Of a DNA stretch of 64,000 bases, positions 55,831-64,000 are shown piece by piece (the first letter of the stretch is position 1; each line of letters starts with the position of its first letter). The notes beneath the pieces were generated by a model. It searched no databases and was not told the origin of the DNA. It was given only the letters and a program-made list of their open reading frames with translations. This DNA is from the human T2T-CHM13v2.0 reference genome, Homo sapiens: assembly GCF_009914755.1 (NCBI RefSeq), contig NC_060934.1. One strand, written 5' to 3'. A program made the position numbers and the translations under genes.

Positions 55831-56538
55831 GCGGAGAACACAAGTTATTTGAAGATATGACTTTAAGAAATGAAACAGTCAACAGCATGAACCACTCATA
55901 TTCAAATGCTGCATTCTAAGCGTTCATGAAAAAAGTTGTAGATTTCCCGATTGAGCTCAACAAGGCATGCAAGGCCTGCTAGAGCTCTCGTGAAAATCTT
56001 TTAAATCTTTTCACCCTAGACCACAGTTCAAACCACTAAACACTTTAAACTGTGCTTTTCATGCACTAGAAAGAGCTCTTATTCTGTTCTGGAGAGTACA
56101 ATAAGACAAAGATGCAACTCAGGTGCATTAAGTTATCCTATTCAAAGAAAATAAGTAAATTCTATTCAAAGAAAAGGGGAAACACCCTGTTCAACCTGGT
56201 GAATTATCTGATGGCAGTTAAAGGTATGAATCATAAGGCCATAGACACTGCAGTGAGGAAGCATCTGAGTTTCATCTGACACAATAGCAAAGTACTAAGC
56301 CTGTAAAAACTTAGTAAGACAAGGAAGACAAATGACAAAGTGCAGTATGACTCTGAATAATTTCTTGACAGTAAATGGAGGGCTCAGCAGGTTCCTGCAC
56401 ATTAAAAATCATGCCCTATATGATGTGACCTGTACCCTCCTTAAAGAAAAATTACAGTCAAGATAAATGTAATAAGAGAGAACAAAAAGCTGAGAAGCTG
56501 AATTCACACCAAAGCAGATAACTCAAAAGATGTTCTAG

Positions 56539-56710
56539 AGCAATGTCTTCAAGGGTGGCGCCTGGACCAGCAGCATGATCATCACCTGGGAACTTGTTTA
56601 GAAATGCAAATTCTCAGGCCCCAGTCAGACCCAAGGAATGGGAAACTTTAGGCCTGGGGCCCAGCAATCAATAGTTTAGCAAACCCTCTAGGGGATTCTG
56701 ACTCTTAGGC
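56539..56710. mobile_element. MER5A-like MITE
   Basis: ggaccagcagcatgatcatcacctgggaacttgtttagaaatgcaaattctcaggcccc. Confidence 0.8.
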
Positions 56711-57029
56711 CAGCTAAAAATATAGTAGTCCTGTTATTATATTTACTGATATCACTTGCCCTTCGGCAGTGCCTTCAGATGAAGAAAGTTAATACTGGAT
56801 GATGAATGGTGTGTTTCCATCTGCTATGAACCCTGGAAGTGATACTTTTGACACACCCCCACCACCACCCACTGTGGGTGCTATAATTAGCAATCTGTGG
56901 AGGAAGTATCTCTGAAAGCTTAATAAGTACAATGGGACAGGTATGAGGTAATTAATCATTCAATTATGGTCATGATACAGTTAATTAAACATAGTTTCTC
57001 CTCCCTCAATCACCTAGCTCTTTCTTAGA

Positions 57030-57222
57030 GCAGTGATTATCATATTTTAGCATACATCAAATTCACCTAGGAGGGAGGGCTTGTTAAAGGGGAATCCTGA
57101 GACCCACCCCAAGAGGGTGATTTAGTAGGCTAGCGGGTGGGGCCAGATAATTTGCATTTCTAACAAGCTCCTAGGTGATGCTGATACTGCTGATCTAAGG
57201 ACCACATTTTGACAACACCTGT
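57030..57222. mobile_element. MER5A-like MITE
   Basis: gggtggggccagataatttgcatttctaacaagctcctaggtgatgctgat. Confidence 0.8.
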
Positions 57223-57268
57223 ACTAGAGAAAAAAAAAACAATTAAATTAATTTTTTAGGTACTGGAC

Positions 57269-57525
57269 CACTGGTGTGCTGGTGAATGTTTAATAACTGG
57301 CTTTCCAGGAAGAAAACAAAAAGTAGTCAATGATTTGTAGCATTTGCCAATTCTGTAGCAAATATTTCAACCATGATCTATATTAAGCTACAACATGATG
57401 TCACTGAGCTGAGAGTTAGGTAGAGGTGTACACAGTCCATGTTTGCTAGCCAGCTCCAGTGCAGCTCTGTAGCCACTCCACATTTCTCTGGACTTGATAC
57501 GTGCAAAACCTGCAGCATCACACTG
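57269..57525. mobile_element. MER63-like hAT MITE
   Basis: Terminal ca(c)tggtgtgctgg...gcagcatcacactg inverted ends. Confidence 0.65.
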
Positions 57526-57997
57526 TTTAAATTCCACAGTCCCCTGAAAGTAGGAATTTGCTGAGTCAAACAGATGCCCCATCTTAATTCTGCTTCCTTG
57601 TTTGGTGAGTCACTGACTCTTTAGCAGGAGAGTCATGTGAAGATCCATTTCTCACAATAAAACTCATAGTAAATTTCCCCAAATGGAGCTCCATTATCCT
57701 GAGTATCCAACACTCAGAACTTGATTTGGGAATGGTTTCGGCAGCAGACTGTCCACTAGAAAACGGGATACCATAAAAGTAAATGGCAAAATATAAAAGC
57801 TGTATTACCAGGCGAGTCCTGCAGTGGGGCTCCTAAAGTAAAATATAAGTGATTCCATCTGAGGAAGAGTTCAGATATCAAATGTGACAAACCCACTATG
57901 TGGCATGTAGCGAATAACCCAGTTCCTTTTTAAATATGGAATGCATGCTCTTAGAGTGAAACACTCAGAAATTTTAAATAAGTTCCAATAAGAAAAG

Positions 57998-59290
57998 ATG
58001 AAAGGAAAAAAACAGATTCCTCTTTCCTTTCCATTTGAACCTCTACTAAACTATTCTGCATAAAATTCTATGTATTCTGTAAAAACTTCTGTGTTGCCTC
58101 GGTGAAATCATGACATCTTCCTTACCCCCACGTATCATTTTTTTAATGCAATTAATGCTGCCACAACTGGCCAATCATCCAGTCTTGTCAGAAATTCTGG
58201 TCAGAATCCTTACTCATACACTGGATAACTAGCCTTTGAATAATCAAAAGGTGACTGTAAAAGTGAAATCTGCTTCAGGTCTTACTTGCTTTGTGAAGGT
58301 AAAAAAATTCCTGATCAATGTGCAGAGAAAAAAAAAGTGGATCAGCAAAACAGTTGCCTTTAAGACATTCTCTTGCCTTAAATTTACTTATCAAGAGAGT
58401 CTCCTTACCTTGAATCCCAGCCAGTATTATTATCGAATAAGCAACATCAGAAAGTTTCACCACTACGAACAACAGAATAACCATCACAAGCCTTTTGGCA
58501 AAAGATAATGTGACACTCCATTTGAACAACAATTTTCTCTACATACTAATTAAAGTAGTTACTGTTGACCCACATTTTCATCTGGTACTAGGGGACAAAG
58601 ATAACATGTCCATGTATCGTTTACCAGCACCAGATTTCCCAAGCTTTCAGCCAGCCCTTTCACCAACTTGCCATCACCAAGCAGTGACCCCTTCCTGAAG
58701 AGCTTAACCTACAGAGAGTTCACTTGGAGTCATTCAGCACAGCTCCGTAATTCCACACTTGAGAAGTCTCTCTTGTTGTTGGACCACAGCCAGAACAAAA
58801 TTAAAGCATTTCCTATTCAATTTTGGCAACTGCAAGGACCCACTCACTTAAAGCTTGATAACAGTGAGTTGATTCAATTGCCATTCAAGAAGAAGCAGTT
58901 TTGCAAAATGGGTTTCCTGTCAGCAGCCCACATTAAGCTTCCATTTGTTCTGCCTCTCTCTTTCTCTCCTTTTCCAAAGATTTAGGAAAAGGTATGTCCC
59001 AAGAACTTAGCTTTTTTGGTGGTCCCACTGAGGACATATAGTAACCGAATTCCAAGATATATATTATTATATGCCATGTACATACCATTGCACAGTCATC
59101 AAGGACTATAAATATCCCTAATTCTCTGCCGCCACTTGTCCATGTCTCTGTCTACAGATTCTTCCATATTCATAGCTTTCAAACCCACCTGAGTTCCTCC
59201 TTTCTCTCATTTCAAACCCCAGTGACGGTACAGGTCTAAATCTGAAGAGTCTTCATTATTCGTCTTCTCCCTCATTCACTGCATCACCTA
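57998..59290 (+). pseudogene. Ancient decayed processed pseudogene of LRR1 (PPIL5, CRL2 substrate receptor)
   Basis: 58752-58946 encodes STLEKSLLLLDHSQNKIKAFPIQFWQLQGPTHLKLDNSELIQLPFKKKQFCKMGFLSAAHIKLPF, about 40/65 identical to LRR1 as I recall it (STLQKSLRSLDLSKNKIKALPVQFCQLQELKNLKLDDNELIQFPCKIGQLINLRFLSAARNKLPF). Collinear weaker matches: KVTVKVK..C..K, LNNNFLYIL, ELNL..HLESFS, NRIP, IPLH..Q.L. Frameshifts and stops are present; outer boundaries are uncertain. Confidence 0.85.
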
Positions 59291-61559
59291 GGGCAATAAG
59301 GCATTTTTCAAAAGAAACTATCAAGCAAATAAGGCCTGAGTGGTTTGTTTATGATTCTAGGATAAAACTCAAAAGTTGCAGTCTTTTGTGATGCATGATT
59401 TAATAGAATAGGAAGCAGGCCAAGAACCACAGACTAGGGAGAGGGAGTGAGACCATTAATCAATTACAGAGGAGCACTCACAACAGTGGATATCATAGAA
59501 AGCCATGTTTTCCACAGTTCAGAACACACTGAGGTAATGTTAGATGATTCATGTATAAACAATTTTGCTTCAGTAATTATGTGTTTAGAACCTACAACAA
59601 TAATAAATGTTATCTATTATTAGTACTACTGTTACATTATTTTGTCTTCTAGAAGCTAATTCTTTAAGAAAACTATTAGTGCTTTGATGATAAATAGGTT
59701 TTAATGTACTTGACAATTCTGAAAGATAAATAGTGGATGCCTGAAGAGCTATGTTGGGGAAGATGGTGAAGCCACGTCTAAATTCAGCAAATAAATAAAT
59801 AAATAAAATGCCTTCATCAGTTAGAGATAACTATCATAGGCTTGGACAGCATATGTATAATACATTTGCCCACCTGCCCCCAGGACTAGCCTTTACGGTT
59901 CTCTAGGAGAGGAAATGTGCTGAGCTGCTGTGTTTTACACTGCTGTATTATCAATTCCTGGTGCATAGAACCTACTTAATACATTTTTGTTACATTGAAT
60001 GCATTGATGTAGAAGCACTAAGACTTCGCTGAATAAACACTGAGCAAAATGCAAGTCTGTATTCTGGAACCAGCAGGAAAAAGTAACTAATCTATTACCT
60101 CAGACTAATCACTGAACTATTTCAGGCTGGTGCTTATAAGAAGTTGGACAGGATGATCTCTAAGTCCTTGGGTAGCCCCAAAGCCTATCACTATTTCATT
60201 CTCCCTTCTGTTTCTCTTTGGCGAAGACTTTTGTACCCTATGTTATCGATGTATGCCAATACATTCATACTTATAAAAAAAAAACAGAATCAAGAGTAAG
60301 TTCTGAAAGAACAGAGAAGTTTGATATTTAAAATAGTTGAAAGTTGTGAAAGTATCAAATAGAATGGTCTGTGATAATGCCAAAGGGCCACAGAAGGTTT
60401 TAAATGAGTGGCTGAACCTTGGTTTGCTTTTTAGAGCTGAGCCTTTCAAATCTGATTCTCTTTATTCTGTGACATTTGTCAGTGACCACTGCTGATTACC
60501 TACTTGATGATGTTTGAGCTATGGGTTTATACTGGTGATTGGAAAGGAGAGAAGGGGTAGCTGTCAGAAATGTGACCAAAGAAAGATCATAACCTAGAAA
60601 ATGAAAAACAGGATGGCAAAAATTCTAGTTCTTAGCTGACATATGACATGAATATGAGTACCTTACAGAGAAGGCATAAAAGTATACAGAATTACTAACC
60701 ATGCAACCTAGTGAAATACAATCCAATAAATCTCTTATCAAAGCAAATAGACACAAAAACTTCATAATAATAAAAATTTTTATCTGTTCTATCTAGTCTG
60801 GAATCCAAAATAGTACTTAATGTCCCCAGAAAATTATACATAGACAACTCTTCCATGATATTCACACAGCAAAAAGTGTGAAATGTGAAAGCACTTAGGA
60901 TGAATATTCAGATGTCAATCTCCTAATATCCTCAAACATCTCAGAAAAGAACATTCGGAAAAACACAAACTGGAAAATCAAAATAAAGAGACATATGGAC
61001 AGAAAAAGAGAACAAATTATAACAGGCAGATATAATCCACATATAAATAAACACAAGATCATGTTTTTCTGTCTTAATAATTTATACACTTTACTCCTTA
61101 GTGAAATCCAGGACTTTTGATGATATCAGCTCTAACCAGGAATCTACACTGCCCATTCATAGTTGTCTGTGAAATTTAGATGTTTGAAGTATCTGATTTG
61201 GGGTGGTAGGTCTTCACCCATTAATTAGCTCTGGTAATGAAAATCCCTCAAGTTATCTGAATTTGAAAGATTTTATGTGGCTTCAAAAACTAATCCCGAA
61301 TAGGCCAGGTGATGCCCACTTGAGAAGCTAAGGAGAATTACTTAAAACACATTCTGGCTGCAATATTATTGTTCATGCTGAAATGCAAGAAGCCCTCACT
61401 GCCCAACAAGGGGCAAATGATCCCAGATCAGAGTAGACTGACTGAATTAGATGGAATATTTTTTCAACTGTTATTTCCTTCACATTATGGATAATGTCAG
61501 GCAGACTCTGGCTTACCCTTAACTTAAGGACTTAGATCCTGCATTTCTTCTTCCAAGAA

Positions 61560-61563
<4 letters not shown>

Positions 61564-61633
<70 letters not shown>
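61564..61633. repeat. Compound (TC)20(AC)15 microsatellite
   Basis: Directly visible. Confidence 0.97.
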
Positions 61634-61635
<2 letters not shown>

Positions 61636-63165
61636 CTCGGTATAGGTTGGAAGTCCTTCCTCAGTACTGCATTTACACCCTTTGCAAACCTGTATCATAT
61701 CACCTATATTTTATTTGCTTTGTATTCTCAGCACCTGATGTACCTGAAACTTTGTAAAATCAGAGAAACAAAATGAAACCTAGTCAAGGTTGGATGAGTG
61801 AAAGAAGTCTTGAAAGTGATGTGTCATATCTTTTGCAGAATAACAGTACCCTATTTTCATTCAATACATGAATTCGAAATTCTAATTTATTTGCTTTCAA
61901 TGTAGAATTTCCCAAGGTCTGTATATCAAAATAATAGTCAAGGCTGTTCTCTTTTTTAAAACTTAAGATACATCTTCAATTTCATATTTGTTCTCTCTCT
62001 CTCTCTGTCCTATTTTGTTGCTTGTTTGTTTCCACAAAGCACAGAATTAAGACTTATGAATAGCCAAAGAGAAGCATGGCTTAGCCCGTGACTAACCATA
62101 GGAACTATAGAGTAAATCAATTTCTTCCTCATCTGTAAAATGAGATGATTAGAATAACTGATCTGAAAGGAAGGTTTCTTTCTAATTTTGTCATTCTACA
62201 ATCATGTATGTTACCTGTTCTATGATATATATTCAGGAAACCACATTAATTTGAACTATACTGATTTGGAATGGGTCAGAATGTTGACTGAGATAATCAA
62301 ACTTATGTTAGATTGCTTTTTTTCCTTGTTTTCCCTATTAAAAGAAGAGAAGCATGAATAAATAAATTAACCACATAATGAAAAAGGTTGAGGGCACCTC
62401 TACTCTCCTAAGAATGCAAACTGGTCTTTAAGTGCTTTAGAAGTGTCTATTTACTTACAAACGGTGTAACTGCAGTATATGTAGGGTTGATACTGTTTAA
62501 AGTATTTTGATGAGCTAATTAGAGATCATCCTTATCTATTAATTAAAACTCCACTACACAGTGTCTGAGGAGTTATAATAGTTGCAGTTTTTATATATTC
62601 TTAAAGGGATTAAAACTAAAACAAGTATTCATCAATTTAATTAGCTTTCCTTCCAATTCATTCAAATGGATGATTGACAATGCTTATGTTAAATGAACTT
62701 ATTTTGGAAAAAGTAGCTGCATTAAATAAATTATAAGAATGTTGATATATTGGTCATTGGTTTCAAATGTCAAGATTACAATAAAAATAGCATTAGGTAG
62801 TCAACCCTTATTTCCCAGAGTAGAGGGATGGCTCAGCAAAACAGGGGGACTTATGAATTAAGTCTGTCTATGCAACCATTCATAGAAGTATTTTGTTGAA
62901 TCAAAGCATTCTCTATGTAATGAGTGAATAAAGCATTTCAAATCAATAATCATGCACTAAGGGCTAACAAGTGCTAGGTTCATAAATGGGCTAGTATAAT
63001 GTATGGGTAATACATTTTTTGAAAACACAATTAAGCACTTACACAAACAAATATAAAGTATAGTAACAACTGCCATAAAGTGGATATGAAAAAATGATTT
63101 ATGAGGGTCAAAGGTAGGAAAGACTATACCTCTGTGGCAGGAAAGAATTTCCCATGTGCTACTTT

Positions 63166-63463
63166 TTTTCTTTTTTCCTGATACAGGGTCTCACTCTGTC
63201 ACTAAGGCTGGAGTGCAGAGGCTGCTCACTGCAGCCTCAACTTCTTGGCTCAAGCAATCCTCCCAACTCAGTTTCCCAAGTAGTTGGGACCACAGCACGC
63301 ACACCAAACCTGGCTAAATTCGTTTTTCTTTTTTTCTTTTTTTTTGGAGAGATGCAGTCTCTCTATGTTGCCCAGGCTGGTCTTGAACCTCAGGGCTCAA
63401 GCAATCCTCCTGCCTCAGCCTCCCAAAGTGCTGGGATTACAGGTGTAAGACATCATGCCCAGC
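63166..63463 (-). mobile_element. Alu (AluJ-type)
   Basis: TSD tgctacttt at 63157-63165 and 63464-63472; gggctcaagcaatcctcc. Confidence 0.92.
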
Positions 63464-64000
63464 TGCTACTTTCTTAATCTACACATCAACCTTTCAAATA
63501 ATATATTAGTATTGTAATGGAATATATAGACACAATCAGATGAAAAGAATTACTACAAAAAGGAAAAACAACGAAAGGCAGGAATAAGAAATAGGCATGA
63601 AGAATCAGGAAGAAACCAATCTGAAAGATTAACTGCCTCGTATTGAGAAGTAGAAGAGAACAGAATCACATGATGAATCAATGCCAGTAACCCAAGAGGA
63701 AAGTAAGATGGGGAAAATTAAAATTCGCTGAAATCTAAACTGGTCAGTGTGGTTATGTAGCCACAAAGCAAGTAGAGAAGAACTTAATTGGTTTTGCTGA
63801 CTAAGGGCTGCAGGTGGGCATGGTGATACATAAATATATGAAGTGATGTGTGATTAATGAGGAAGGGGTGGTTTGTAGGCCTAACTGGCAGTTTGAAATG
63901 TAGTAGGATCACTGTTGTGATTTTATTCTAAGTATAATTTTTGCATTATAGCTAAGGGCATCAGAAATTTGGGAAATTGTTATATTCAGGGTTAACTCTT

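Noticed and set aside
55955-55985. p53-like element aaggcatgcaaggcctgcta
   Set aside because: Too many mismatches to the paired RRRCWWGYYY consensus
58299-58345. 47-nt GT...AG segment in the LRR1 copy near where I recall LRR1 intron 2
   Set aside because: Too short, no polypyrimidine tract, and VKKFL could itself align to LRR1 LKGFL; not accepted as a retained intron

Overview
This is AT-rich primate (human-like) genomic DNA, dense in repeats and with no intact protein-coding gene that I can recognise. It contains about 15 Alus, two long old LINE-1 copies, a full-length Tigger1 DNA transposon with TA target duplications, four solo LTRs, many L2/MIR/MER relics and several microsatellites. The only protein homology outside transposons is a very old, decayed, apparently processed copy of LRR1 (PPIL5) at about 58.0-59.3 kb (+). 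Its LRR core is much better preserved than its flanks. Two splice-signal-bounded segments on the minus strand (9481-9692 and 4389-4450) suggest the window lies inside an unidentified minus-strand transcript, probably a lncRNA or UTR. The plus-strand bias of LTRs and L1s supports this. The most unusual unexplained stretch is a 330-bp block at 8590-8919 with atypical dinucleotide composition, overlapping open frames, a purine/pyrimidine tract and a stem covering a consensus splice donor. Repeat subfamily names and the LRR1 alignment come from recalled consensus or protein sequences, not database searches, and boundaries of old elements are approximate.
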